Source: Sphaerodactylus townsendi (Eukaryota). From it: a stretch of 64,000 bases of DNA. Below, in pieces: positions 24,010-37,084 of this stretch (within the stretch, counting starts at the first letter, position 1; every line of letters starts with the position of its first letter). The notes under the pieces are model-generated. The model was given only the letters and a program-made list of their open reading frames with translations, had not been told where the DNA came from and did no database searches. The stretch lies in NCBI RefSeq assembly GCF_021028975.2, contig NC_059429.1:74028001-74092000 (forward strand), given 5' to 3'. Made by a program: the position numbers and the translations under genes.

Positions 24010-24102
24010 ATCCTGCTCTTCCTGTTGAAGTGGGCTCAGAGCAGCTAACAATATAGATAAAATACAATTTATTTAAAATCTTAAAATATAAATTATAAAA
24101 CT
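24007..24102 (-). repeat. Direct duplicate of the L2 3' end at 23195-23290
   Basis: TCTTCCTGTTGAAG.GG.CTCAGAGCAGCTAACAATATAGATAAAAT..AATTTAT.TAAAATCTTAAAATA.AAATTATAAAACT present at both sites. Confidence 0.9.
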
Positions 24103-26621
24103 TAAAATACACACACACATATGCACAGAGATCATTCTTTTATAACTGGCCAAAGGCATAAAAACTGCTGCAACATCTGCCACAGAATAATCACTTGCTG
24201 TCGTCTGTTGGCTGTTTCCCCCTTCAGTCTTTTCATCCTTCCTGTGGGTTGGGAAGAATAGCCATTTCTGCTCTGCCCCCTTACGTTCCTCTTTATCAGG
24301 AATATTTTAGAGCTGAATATAGTTTTTAAACTGTGTCTGGTTTTTTAGGATTTGTGGACAAATGGCTACCAGTGACCATTGCAATGATTCCTGCCAGTCA
24401 ACTGAGACTTTGTTCTGCACCCACAACCTCACAATTTCTTCACAAACTGGTCAGAGTGCAGATGTAATAATAGAGAAAGCTTCAGCAGCCAAATTTGCCC
24501 TTGTCATGCAGCTAGGATGGGAACAGGAGCCTTGCTTAAGGAAAAGCTGATAACCCTGTATATCTTGCTGCAAGAGAGTAACTTCAATGGAGGGCTTCTC
24601 CAGCTCATTGGATGGCCATATTGGGTGATTTGTCTACCAGGGATTAATGGTTCAGTGTCTCTTGTCACTACCGGACTTCCCTTTCCAGATGCAGTAACTG
24701 TCCGAAGAGCTGAACATGACTGGCAAGTTGTGGGACCGATGTTCTCATTTTATTGGAAATTATTTTTTTTGAAAATTCAAATGTTCAGCTTTTCAAGATC
24801 TATTAATGTGTATATCCTTCTTTTCGGAGGGTTTGAAGCAAATGTGTTTCAGATCCATATTTCATCTTCCTTCGCTGCCTGCAATTTCGTTTGCTCACAG
24901 ATTTTTTTTTTTACCAGCAGATGTCAGCATTGATCCATTTTGTACACTCCTTAGAATCCTCTGCTGAGTTGTTTCCCTGTGACCTGCAGAAGCATGGGAG
25001 TGCTCAGGGAAGTTGGATCTTGGAGATCCTTCTCCAGAGGCTGGCTTTGATTGGCTGTAAGATTTCTTTCCCTGCCTGCTTTGGTACCTTTTCTTAGGCA
25101 ATCTGTTTTCAGACAAGTGGCTGTCTTCCTCCAGGGCATCTTTCTTACAAATTTTGCCTCGGAGAAGAATGTTTCCTCCCAGAATGGTCTGTGCTCTGGA
25201 CTCTCTCAACCTGTCTGTTACCCTTCAGAATGCAGTGTAGTAATCTGAAATAAGACAAAGTCACTATGTTCTCTGGGACAGTGATATTCTAGCTAAATCT
25301 TCAAGACAAATTGGGCCCTGGGGTACACCAAGGAAGATCAGACAGATCTTTTCTCTCAAACATGGGATTGGACATGAATGTTGTGCTGGGTTCTGTTGGC
25401 AGCTGGGGCTATAAAGGCTATTCCAGTGCAAATGACCTTGGCTCCGAGGGACTGTGATAAGTGTAATGGACCAGCAGCTCCAGGAGACAAGCTACCTATT
25501 GCCATTGAGCATATGAATGAGAATGAGAGAGATACTTTCTTTATGACTCAATGCCGTTTTTATTATGGGGAATTAGATCTTGGAGATTAACTCCCAGATC
25601 TCCAATCATAAGAACTTAAGGAGACATATTTCATGGGGGAGGGGGGGGGGAGACAAGGAGCTGTTTTGAGAGGCATGTGGCAGAATGGATTGTGAAAGGA
25701 ACAGTGGTGTGCCTCGACTGTCTTCGCTGAACCATTCCAAGGACTTGCTTCAGGAATCTGGACCTGGCTCAGGGAACACCTGTTCTCAAAATCTACCGGA
25801 ACATTACAGCTGTAAGTGCAATACAGAGTTTAAGCCAGAGCACTTGGATTATTAGGGCTATTCTTTACCTGCCATACTTGGAGGGAATGTGACAGAAGTG
25901 GGACAAGCCGCTAACTACCAGGGCTTCAAGGGGGTGGGGTAGAACAACCCAATCATGAATCTTTTTTGAATCTCTGCTGTCTGACAATATCCTTAAAAGC
26001 AAAGTAGTTAGATTCGAATCTAGTTGCACTTTAGAGACCAACAGGAGTGTCACTATATGCAATTCATGCAGTGTTATCTTCAGTCATACATAGGCTCTGG
26101 TTGTACAACCTGTGGTTAATTTCTGAATGGGGAGATGTGGGACCTAAAAGTACTGACAGCAAATCCCAGAGGCCTGTGGGATTTGCTCTTGTGCTCCATC
26201 AGCGGTGATGCCAGTTCACCTGGCTTAGTAGCACTTTTCTTTAATGTGTTCCAGAATCCAGTCCTGGCATTTTAAAAAGTTCTCAGGTAAGCACTACCGT
26301 TTACAATGAATTTAGTCTTGTCTGAAGAGCTCCTACTAACCCCGTGGTATCATTATGATGCAACTAACAATCACCTTTTCTCTCAGCGGCTCCTGTTCAG
26401 GATGAATAAATGCTCATTTACTACCTCCAATCCCACAGACTGCCTTTAGAAGCGCCAAGGCCCCAAGAGAGCATGCAGTAGTTGTGTCGCTCTTCATGGA
26501 GCTCCAACGGCTCATATCTGCACCCTTCTGCAGCGTTTGGGACTCTTTAGTTTGGAGAGGAGATGTCTGAGGGGGGATATTGTTCTGCTCCACCAAACAA
26601 AGGCTCTGTGGGGGCATGACA

Positions 26622-27083
26622 GATATGATTGAAGTCTATAAAATTATGCATGGGGTAGAAAACGTGGACAGAGAGACATTTTTCTCTTTCTCACAACACT
26701 AGAACCAGGGGGCATACATTGAAAATGCTGGGGGGAAGAATTAGGACTAATAAAAGGAAACACTTCTTCACGCAACATGTGATTGGTGTTTGAAATATGC
26801 TGCCACAGGAGGTGGTGATGGCTACTCACCTGGATAACTTTAAAAGGGGCTTGGACAGATTTATGGAGGAGAAGTCAATTTATGGCTACCAATCTTGATC
26901 CTCTTTGATCTGAGATTGCAAATGCCTTAACAGTCCAGGTGCTCGGGAGCAACAGCCGCAGAAGGCCATTGCTTTCACATCCTGCATGTGAGCTCCCAAT
27001 GGCACCTGGTGAGCCACTGCGAGTAGCAGAGAGCTGGACTAGATGGACTCTGGTCTGATCCAGCTGGCATGTTCTTATGTTCT
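26622..27083 (+). mobile_element. CR1 LINE 3' fragment
   Basis: DMIEVYKIMHGVENVD...TRTRGHTLKM...RKHFFTQHVI..NMLPQEVVMA..FKRGLDRFME; tail TGTTCTTATGTTCT. Confidence 0.9.
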
Positions 27084-27502
27084 TTCTCCCTGAAAACTGG
27101 ATTCTTGCTTGCCACAGCAGGTATAACAGGTGAGAAAGCAAATGGGTAATCCCAGGCTGGAAGGCACATCTGTCACACAGATGTGTCTTCTAACTAGGCA
27201 GGATTTCCAGGTTGGACTCCGACAACTCTGTGATGGGTGATTCATAGTAATGCCTTCTCTGGGTCAGGAATTAAATCTGCTGGCAAAATTAAACCTGCTG
27301 GTTTCTGCTGCGGTTACCTCCTGATGTGCCAGTGTTTGGTCATGGACTCTAGTAGATCAAAAATCTATTTAACTTTTAACTTGGCTAAGAAACCCCTGTA
27401 GTAGTTAACAGGCAAAGCCTTGGTAACTGTCTCTATATTTACTGGTGTAATATATGTACACACCATTGAGTACCTGAAGACTCTGTAAACAGAGGCTTGT
27501 AT

Positions 27503-27741
27503 TGGTTGTTGTGGGTTTTCCGGGCTGCGTGGCCATGGTCTGGTAGATCTTGTTCCTAACGTTTTAAAACATTCCCTTCTAATTGGACACAGTGTGTAAC
27601 AGACTTCTCTCTGTGATAAACCTCTGAAGATACCAGGCGATGCAGGCGAAACATTAGGAACAATATCTACCAGATCACAGCCACACAGCCTGGAAAACCC
27701 ACAACAACCAGTTGAATCCAGCTGTGAACGCTTTCAACAAT
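27503..27741 (+). mobile_element. Penelope-like element fragment (pseudo-LTR with inverted 5' copy)
   Basis: 27503-27564 is an inverted copy of 27649-27710; ~14-bp TSD ACAGAGGCTTGTAT (27489-27502) / ACAGAGGGTTGTAT (27742-27755); hammerhead-like core. Confidence 0.8.
27621..27658 (+). ncRNA. Minimal hammerhead ribozyme-like motif, probably decayed
   Basis: CCT-CTGAAGA-stem II-GAAAC-ATT-AGG arrangement as in Penelope-associated minimal hammerheads. Confidence 0.6.
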
Positions 27742-28369
27742 ACAGAGGGTTGTATCTTTGAGATCCATAGCTGAGCTCATACATTAGGACTTTTCTGCCT
27801 TCCCCTTCTACTCTAGACTCCTGAACTTTTGTTCCTGGGGGCCTGCAGTGAAGGGGGAATTGTTAGACTGTAGGAGAACCTTTCATTAGAAAGCACGGTG
27901 GGATCCAAGCCTGTGTTTCTGGCTGAGTATGGACTAAAAATGCATTGTGTGAGATTTTAGATACACATTATAGTGCAGTGGTGGTCTGTGGATGAACTGA
28001 GGTACCATCCTAGAGTAAGCATAAGGAATATTGTTGCATCTAGTCACCCAGATAGCTGATGATAGCCCACTGCTGGGGCAGGATGGGAGCATGTTATATT
28101 GGTTCAGTGGCTTCCTTACTTCCAAGACCATAGTTCCTTACTGTTCGCACAGGTATGTTCTGGGGAGAAAAAGACATATTTTCTCAGAATAATTCCTGCA
28201 CTTGCAGCAGGTTGCTGCACTGCCACAGTTGGAGCACAGGTGGCGGCTGTGCAGATGTAGCCTCTAATACCAGGCATTTCATTTGTTCTACTTGTTCTGG
28301 TAGAATTGCCATTAAACCTTTTGTTTTCTCAGTTTACCTATTTTGTGCCTCTTTTTGGACACCTCTAGC

Positions 28370-28470
28370 CAGTGGTGAGATTCAAATAATTTAACAACTG
28401 GTTTTTTACAAGCACCATTTTAACAACCGGTTCTGCCGAAATGGTGCGAACCTGCAGAATCCCACCACTG
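28370..28470. mobile_element. Short hAT-type MITE
   Basis: TIRs CAGTGGTGAGATTC / GAATCCCACCACTG; TSD CCTCTAGC / CCTCTACA. Confidence 0.8.
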
Positions 28471-29849
28471 CCTCTACAACCCCTTTGCACTGTTATGTAA
28501 AATGTAAAAGGTGTGTGCTCTTAGGAGTGCACCACTGGTTACTTTGGGCCCTGTCTGGCAATGAACAAATCAGCTCCTCAATAAATTATGAGTGGCTTGA
28601 CCTGCAGGAGGGCTTTGCTTGGCCTGAGGGCAGCTAACCCACTCTCTTGGTGAGCCCTTGTTTTGGAGCCTCTTGTCTGACCGTTGTTATGCTGGCTTCC
28701 AAACTCACTTGCAATCCTCTGTGTGTGCTGTGAAGAAGTCATAAACACTTTATGGATAGTCAATACTAAGATTTCTTTCGCTCTGCCCCATAAACTATAA
28801 AATCCTTCTCTCCCCACCCCTTCGGCTTCAGGGAGCCACAAAGCCCAGGACAGATAAGACTCACATGTCTGGAATCAGCTGCTGCTGTCCGACCTTGATC
28901 GACTTATGGCAGTGTGTGGGATTTGTATTGCTTTCTATTTCAGTTTATTGAGAACGTTTTGTGGCTAAGAATTCAGGCCATAGAACTTTGAATGGCTAAA
29001 TGGGGGTGAGTGTCCTGATTCTAGACTCCTCTCACTAGTTCTTTTGGCCCCTGCGGTTAGTTTAGTGAGTTTACTAATAGAGTTCCTTTGTACTGCCAGA
29101 TCCCAGTGCTTTGAGACACGCTAGAGATGGCTAGCCTCATTACACTGTTTGCTTACTTCTTAGAGACATCTATCTGGCTACTAATCTAATAGTGACATGT
29201 GGCCTTCCCATCTGTGAATATCTAAATCTGCGGACTGGAGCCACAGTGTCACTAAATAGGTTTTCTTGCAAACTTGGGGGCCCCTCCCCTGAACTTTGCA
29301 GAAAAATCTGAAATCTTTTTTAAAAATTAAAGGGAGTTTTAAATTCTTCTCCAAAAATAAATAAGTGACACCACACTCACTTTTCTTCTTCTGAGTGGCA
29401 GACTCTTAGAGTGGCAGATGCTGGAAACCATTCCAAGATCAGAGTTGCTCCTAGAAACCATTACTTCTATGGCTGGGCTCAAAGGTGGGCTGTGGGACCA
29501 GGAGCTATACTGGGTTTGGTAATGGGAGAGAAGATGGCATCTCCCCCATGAATGTCTTGCTCCTTACTTGTATATTCTAACAGCCAAGTCAGCCACATCT
29601 AACAATACTTAAATCCAGTGAGTGGACAAGGCAGATCTTCCTACCAACCTAAAAAATGCCGCAGGTTTGCTGAAAAGTCCAAAATATAAAAAGACAAAAC
29701 ACTGGGGAGCTAGAAAGCCCTTAAAATGGTAAAAACACCATCTGTAGCTATAAGACTACCTACCAGACTACCTACCACTACCTGACTTGCACGACTTATC
29801 TAAACTTGGCTGCTTGCGACTGTTCAATGGTAGCCACCACAGGAAAACC

Positions 29850-30020
29850 TTATGGTGCAACAGTTAGAGATTCACACTAGGGTCTGGGAGACCCCGTTTC
29901 AAATCACCAGTCTGTCATGGGAGCTCATTAGGTGATGTAGGGACAGTCACACGCCTAACCTACCTCACAGGATTGTTATGAAACAAGTTAAAAGAAGAAG
30001 ATGAGAATGAGATGTGAACA
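29850..30020 (+). mobile_element. Old MIR/Squam3-like SINE
   Basis: TCTGGGAGACCCCGTTTCAAATCACC B box; CCTAACCTACCTCACAGGATTGTTATGA core. Confidence 0.6.
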
Positions 30021-32261
30021 GTAAGTAAAGAAAACAAATAGCAAATATAGCAAAGGAAGGAATGAGGCAGGGAAAGGGGAGAGGATATGGGAGTTGCTGG
30101 GAGGAGGTAAAAAGGAAATTGTGTGTGGAGGTGGGATATAGAGACATGCTCCCCACTGATCCTTGAGGATTCCTTACCATGCATGTGGGTCTGGCAAAGC
30201 AGCCTGCACCACCCAATTAGGCCATAACTTTCTTAAGTTGAGGCTGAGAGGGGGGAGCTGAAGATAGGGGTGCTGTTGGATGGAAAGGAAGGAGATAGGA
30301 GAAGGGGAGACACTGGTGGAGCTACCGGGAAGGAAAAGAAGAAACAGTAGGGAATGGGGAAATTAAATGCCTCCCCAGCAAGTCCTTGTGGGTTCTCACT
30401 TGTACTAACTGCTCTTCTGTTTATTGTGCTTTTATTGGCAGCCTGGTTATAGGTGCATTCTCATAATCTTACAACCAACTTTTTTTTTGTCAGAGGAAAG
30501 AAAAAGGATGAACATTGTAAGGAAGGACCACTTGAATAAAAAACATGGGAATTTTTTTATCTTGTGCTTGCCTCCTACAACTAATGCAGGAAAATCATTC
30601 CCTACAAGTAATCAGCAGCTGGCAAGGAGGAGATGTATCCTTTCTCTAGCCAAGCTTCAAGGCCAGAAATCAGCTATTCATTGACAAGTTCCTGTAAACA
30701 CCTTAGGTTTTTGTGCAAGAAGACATTTATTTATTTAACCTGGTCTCTTTCCATGTTTTTGTCCTTTTTCTTCTTCCCTGACCCTTCCGAATGCAGCCAA
30801 ATCCAGGCTAGGTTATATAGAGAGCTAGCTCTCTGCCAACTCAGCTCAATGGTGGTGGTGAGCCCATTTACCAGTAACATCATTGCTGCAGGTATAGTAA
30901 GAAGGAGGCAAGGTTAGCTTCTCCAGAGACCTGTTGTGCTTTGTGAACCAGCGCTCTTATGGAGTGGGGAGTTGAAAAGATGTGGAAGCAGAATAGAATG
31001 GAGATCAGGTGCTTGAGCCACACCTCACCCTACCTGTGACATGTCATGGGTTTAGTATTAGTAATCATATATGGATCCCAAGCTATAGAGGGTAATATAA
31101 TGAATGTTCTGGAAGGCATAAATATCAGGATAACAAATACCACTGATTGCAGCCAAGTGTCAGGCCTGCGCCATTTCAGGCCTGGCAGTTTGCACGTCCA
31201 CACCTCAGCTGCAGATGGGCCAGCCATTATCATCGCTCAAGGCTACGGAGGCCTATCCCTGCTTGCAAAGTAACTAGTTCAAGAGAGGTTAGCCATTCAC
31301 TCTTCTCTGCCTTCCTGAAGGTGTGAACCCACTGCCCAATCAATACTGTTGTTCCCACTGTCTTTTCACATGCTGATATTATGGGAGTGTGAGAGTGGGG
31401 GATGCCAGGGGTTGAACTAAACTGTAAAGTATATACCAGGGGTCAGGGAGCCAAACCCCTCAGTTTCGGCTACCTGAACCTGGGATGACACAGTTCCAAT
31501 AAAGCTCTTGAAATCTTCCTGAGTCTTGTTGATGACTGGAGTACCAGATCCTTACAAGGCAGTTCCACTTGGCTTTTCAAGGGTGAGAGTCTGAGAAGAC
31601 TTCTAAAACAAGCAGAATGCAAATGGCTCTGTCTTTCTTGCTCAGTGCGGGCAACGTTCATGATTTAGAAAGGATCTTCCCCCCTTTTCTCCCAATCTGA
31701 AGATTATGCACATGAAAAAAATGTCACATCAGGAAAAATGTCAGATCAGGAAATGTGACAAAGCCAGCCTTGGAGTTGAAGAGAAGGAGGGAGATCAATC
31801 AATGATGTAGTCAGGCAAAGAGCAGCTGCCAACTCCTGTGGCAGGACAGAAATCTATTATGGAACTTTGTCTGCAAAATGAGAAACAATCAAGGCCTTGA
31901 GTGAAGGCTTAAATTACATGTCGCACATTCCCAGTAGTGCAGATGCAGGTCTCTGCATGGGATAGCTATCTCAGTCTCTCTCATCATAAAATTCTTGCTG
32001 TTGGACAAACTTCTGACAGTCCAAGGGCAAGTGATTTAGTGATCTAGCATAGCAGCTAGAAGATGGCCAAGATCATAGCAGGACTTTGCACTTCACATGC
32101 TATGTTTTCGAATAAGCATGTCATCTTTATTTCCATCTGGCTTTTCTGAACTGGGGTAAACCACTTGGAAAGCTTTCCATTGTTGTTCTTCAAAGCTCTT
32201 TGGGAAAAAGGTGCACTCTGTACTTTAATTTATACAACATGTGACTGTAAAAGTGCAATAT

Positions 32262-32517
32262 AGAAGAAGAGTTTGGATTTATATCCCCCTTTCTCTCCTA
32301 TAGGAGACTCAAAGGGGCTTACAATCTCCTTGCCCTTCCCCTCTCACAACAAACACCCTGTGAGGTGGATGGGGCTGAGAGAGCTCCAAAAAACTGTGAC
32401 TAGCCCAAGGTCACCCAGCTGGCGTGTGTGGGAGTGCACAGGCTAATCTGAATTCCCCAGATAATCCTCCACAACTCAAGCAGCAGAGCTGGGAATCAAA
32501 CCCGGTTCCTCCAGATA
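32262..32517 (-). mobile_element. 5'-truncated Squam3-like SINE
   Basis: Close reverse-complement match to 8330-8590. Confidence 0.85.
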
Positions 32518-32544
32518 ACGATATATATATTGTTTTCTTTTAAA

Positions 32545-32750
32545 AGAAGAGATTAGATTTATACTTTACTTTTCTCAACTGTAAGGAATCTTACAGCAGC
32601 TTACAAACTCCTCCCTCCCCACCACAGACACCTTGGGAGGTAGGTGGGGCTGAGAGTTCTGAGAGGTCACCCAGGCTTCATGTGGAGGAGTGCAGAAATA
32701 AATCTTGTTCTCCAGATTAGAGGCTGCCACGCTTAAAACTTCACCATGCT
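32545..32750 (-). mobile_element. Older Squam3-like SINE
   Basis: AGAAGAGATTAGATTTATA tail; GAGGTAGGTGGGGCTGAGAG..GGTCACCCAG; CTCCAGATTAGA head. Confidence 0.65.
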
Positions 32751-32767
32751 TGGTTTGAGGTCTAACA

Positions 32768-32924
32768 TAGGTCAGGACTCATGGTTCTCTCCAGATAAAA
32801 TTATGGATTCTCTAAATCTCTATCAGCCCCCCCCCCGCCAGCACGGCCAATTAGCCATGCTGGCAGGGGCTGATGGGAATTGTAGTCCATGAACATCTGG
32901 AGAGCCGCAGGTTGCAGACCCCTG
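32768..32924. mobile_element. Palindromic hAT MITE
   Basis: Right end GGTTGCAGACCCCTG; centre GCCAGCACGGCCAATTAGCCATGCTGGC; TSD GTCTAACA / ATCTAACA. Confidence 0.75.
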
Positions 32925-34801
32925 ATCTAACAGAAGACTGAGTAGCCTTTCAATGCGTCAGTCACATTGCACAGGGAGTTCTTGAATCCACTTCTTCAAA
33001 CTTCAAATACAGTATGCTCAATTCATCCAATGTAACTGGTGAATGTGAACAAAAGGGCCAAAGTTTGCAAGTACATTTAGCTACACGCAAGTTATTGCAC
33101 TATGATGTAAGCCTCCACCCCAATCATTTGTATTTACTGTGAGATTCTCTCTTTGTAACACAACTCCAGTTAAGTCAGCTCTTAATTTTTGTTTAATGTT
33201 GTTAGAATCTACAGTATTTGACCAGATTGGTAGGTGTAAGTTTTAAAACTTGCCTCCCAGCCTTATTTATAGTGTAATTCCTTCTCTTCTTTTACCTAAT
33301 AAACGTAAAAGAATTAACTTGTACAATTTGTGCAGCGTCGTAAGTCCTGTCTCAAAAATTCCCACCCTCTTTTTGCCCTTCTGCTCTAAATGATAGGTGC
33401 TGAACTATCAGCTCAGCCACTCATACCAGACTTTTATCAGTGACCGTGTTCAAAGTATCTATTGGCAAGTAAGTTAAGAAGGATTGTTAGGGCAAACAAA
33501 CAGAAACGAAAGGATAATATAGAAAACGAAACAAGGTCAGTATAAAGGGGTGCAAATGAGTCTTTTGTATATATCGCCATGATACTTTTCAAAAACCTTC
33601 TGACCTATACATATGACTAAAATATACTTTAAAAATTAAGATGAAAGTTTCAGCATTTTAGGAGGTCACTGTAGACTGCAGGAAAGGATTCCAGAGCGAA
33701 AGCAAACATTGAAAGCAAAAGCAAACTGAAGGGATTAATTTGGCACTAATAGGAGATGAACTAAGGCAGTGGGTTGGACCAATGTCAATGGTTCTCATGA
33801 CTGCAATGAAAAAGCGAGTGTGGCCCTATGGCAGAACAACTAGGGTTCAAAAGAAAGGGCAACAGCAGCATCTGTCTATGGGGCTGCTCAACTGAGAGAA
33901 GAAAACTGGCAGGCAAGCAAGAGGACAGAAGGCGCACTGGGAAGATTTTATACTTATTTAATTAATGTCAAATGTAGTTTACAAACGGGAATGACAAGTA
34001 CCTTTTTATAGAATATACACAGACACACAATCATTGACACAACTTGAATATCACCTTGTGCAGCTGCGAATCTTTGGGCAAAGATAGTTTGTTTCACTTC
34101 AAGCTCATAGTGGAAGAGGAGAATATGGTTGCTGAGTGACGTGAACTGAACCTTGCACAAAGAGCCAAGCCAATCCCTTGTATCTTCTTTCTCTTCTGAT
34201 CTTCTTTCTCCTCCCTACCCCCTCAAGGAAAAAAAAATGCAGGACAAGCTTAATGCTGAAATAAAAGTTGCTAGTAGCATGTAGCTTTACTGATATGCAT
34301 TTAGGTTAGTGGTGGTCCATGGGACCAGAGACAGCTCTTTGTTCCCAATGTAATGGGACATGAAAAATGAACTCTCTCTGCACAGCCTACTCTCAAACAG
34401 GGTGACTTTGTACTGAATGTTCCTATAGCGACTGCTTGATTGTATTGGGCTAGGAGGCCAGGGTGTAGTGCTGTCTTCCTTGTCATGATACAGTTCAGAC
34501 CAATTGTTTTCATGAACGTAAGTGCTATATCAGTGGAGAGTTCCATAGGAAAAAATGGCTTGTTGCAAATGGCTGTCAGCCACCTAGGATACCAGCTAAC
34601 TCTGGTTTAAAAAAGCAATCCCCACCCACCCACAAGGTGCTGGTAGTCCACCCTCATGTTGGTCTCACTGCCCAGGTGATAGCAACGGGAACACTTATTT
34701 TTAAACCATCTCATAGTCTGATGGCTCAGCTATCCAGGAGTTACCATTTGGAAATTTAGAATTATCTGGGAATCTGAAGCTGTTCTCCTTAAAGACAACA
34801 G

Positions 34802-35009
34802 CAGAGGTGGGATTCAGCTGGTTCGCACCTGTTCTGCTGAACCGATAGCTAATCGGCTGAATCCCACCATGGCACCAGCCCAGGGCGGCTGCAGATCGGG
34901 CCACCTTCCCTTCCCTTGCCTCCCACCTGCCCAACATCGGAAAGGGGAGTGGAGGGTGGAAGCACAGTAACCACTGGGCACTGCTGGGGGGCGAGGGATT
35001 CCACCACTG
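34802..35009. mobile_element. hAT-type MITE, same family as 28370-28470
   Basis: Ends CAGAGGTGGGATTC / GGATTCCACCACTG; TSD GACAACAG / GACAATGG; shared GGTTCGCACC. Confidence 0.7.
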
Positions 35010-36142
35010 GACAATGGTGAGCATTTTATGAGGATTCTTGAGAAGTTAAAATACAAGATTTGTATAATAAAGGCTATCCCTACCTAGGAAGAAATACAGG
35101 ACCATGGACTGCAAGATGGTGCTGTGGCTGAAGTCTAATCCATATAAAACTGACACCAACATGACAAACACTGGTCTGATATTGTATAATTTAAATCAGA
35201 GATATCAGACTGAATTAGCTAGAAGAACAAAATGTATTTCACGCACTATCCCCATTTTAAAAGGTGGTTAATGACAGGCATCTTAGCCTAACAAAACAGC
35301 TCATCAATGCCACACAAGCACCTAGTTTCCATCTGAAGAGTCCCAGCAACATTGGAAACCTTTTCCTAGGTGGACTGCAGGAAGTTAGTTTGTCGGTAAG
35401 CCTAAAAAAATCAGGTTTTGGTTTTGATTAGGGAAGGCTGACCGAAGAGCCATAGCTGGGGACACTCTGCAGTTGCAGAGGAGCGGACTGGGTCAGGGGG
35501 ATTGCGCAAAAGGCTGCAGAAGGCTTCCATGAGTCCAACCTCACATAAACCTGGACTGAGTTCCATCCCCACAATCAGAGAAGGAGATATAGTAGGAAGA
35601 AACAAGACACATGTCATTACAGGCCAGCACGTACCAACTTTCTTAAAAAAAAAAAAGAAGTGGAAATCAAGCATATTTTTAAAATTGAACCTATTAAAGA
35701 GATGGGACATCACAAAGACCAGCAGGGCCAGGGTCTAGGCATGGCTGTACGCCAGACTGATATAGAAGGATTTGCTTGACTAGACAAATGGAGGGAGGAA
35801 GACTGAAGGCTACTTCTTGCTCAGTCACAGGATGATCTGAGTGAGGATACTTCTGAATTGCTTCCCTGCATTTACTTTTATGAGCCTAGGAGAAGTTACC
35901 AACCAGAGTTCAGTACTTACTGGCTCAGAAGCATGTGACTGCAATATGCTCAGACAAAAGATGGCTTGAGCTTTCACCCCTGCCCCCCAAATCCCCTACT
36001 GGTAAGAGTGAGACTACATCCCATAATGCCAGATGCAGTAGGCAAAGATTACTCCCTCTATTTGCCTTCTGCTTCATATAAACACATCAACTTGTCCTGT
36101 TCCAATGGGCATTGGTAAAAGCTCACAAGCCTTAACTGCACA

Positions 36143-36148
36143 TTTATT
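36143..36148 (-). terminator. Probable RNF220 poly(A) signal
   Basis: AATAAA on the - strand at the end of a ~0.95-kb AU-rich, repeat-free 3' UTR. Confidence 0.6.
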
Positions 36149-37084
36149 TCTTTCCTTTCAGTGAAAAATTAAAGACTGTTTCAGTGGAGTAAAGATTCTA
36201 TATAAATAGCTGCTTTAGCTACAACTAATGACAGAAATCTTTTCCCAATTTCCCCCAGAAGTTGTGTAAGTTATGGGCAGAAATACAGCCATTACTAGAA
36301 GCTGTTAACTTTATATCTGAATGAGGAAATATACACCACAGAACATTAAACCATTTATATTATATATATGTATAATATATATATATATATATTTATACTT
36401 TTTTAAACTAATGACTTTAATGTCAAAACTTTGCAGAACCAAGAAAAATATGGGTTTAATGTTCTCTGCTTATTTTTTCTCTTTTTTAAAAAAAAGTACA
36501 ACCCAAAAACAAAAGAAAAACATAAAAGGGCAACATATTAGTATGTAATGTTGGAGTCTATCCCATTTATACACAACATTGTAAACATATAGAGTTTATA
36601 TTACATGTGCTTCATTCTGCCTTTGTGGAAGCGTGGGTGTAGGCATTTTGTTTTTAAAACCACTAGACCACCACAGAAAAGGAGGGGGAAAAGAACACAA
36701 ATTACAGCTTGGGAGGGTTCCTGCTGTGGAAGATCCAGTCCCTTCCCAGATTGGCTCATAGGGTGGCTTGACTACCAAGACGTTCCGCTGAAAAGGCTTG
36801 CAGGTCATCCACGATGGAACCCCAGCTCATGGCAAAATGGGACAGGTGCAGAACATCAGTCTGTAAGGGTGGGGTGGAGATTCACAATAAAGATTCTGAT
36901 TTGGCCTTCTTGTGGAGTTTGCAGTGCCAGTGACAGGTTTGGAAGCAGAGGCATTGTGGGGCTCCTTCAGCCTCTAGTCCACATTTGGAGTCTCTAGTTT
37001 GTAAATGTCTCTTGCTGCTGCTGCTGCCATTCCTTTCCCCCCAACCCCCATGGTGTAGCAATCTGGTCCGAGCAGCCATGTCCT

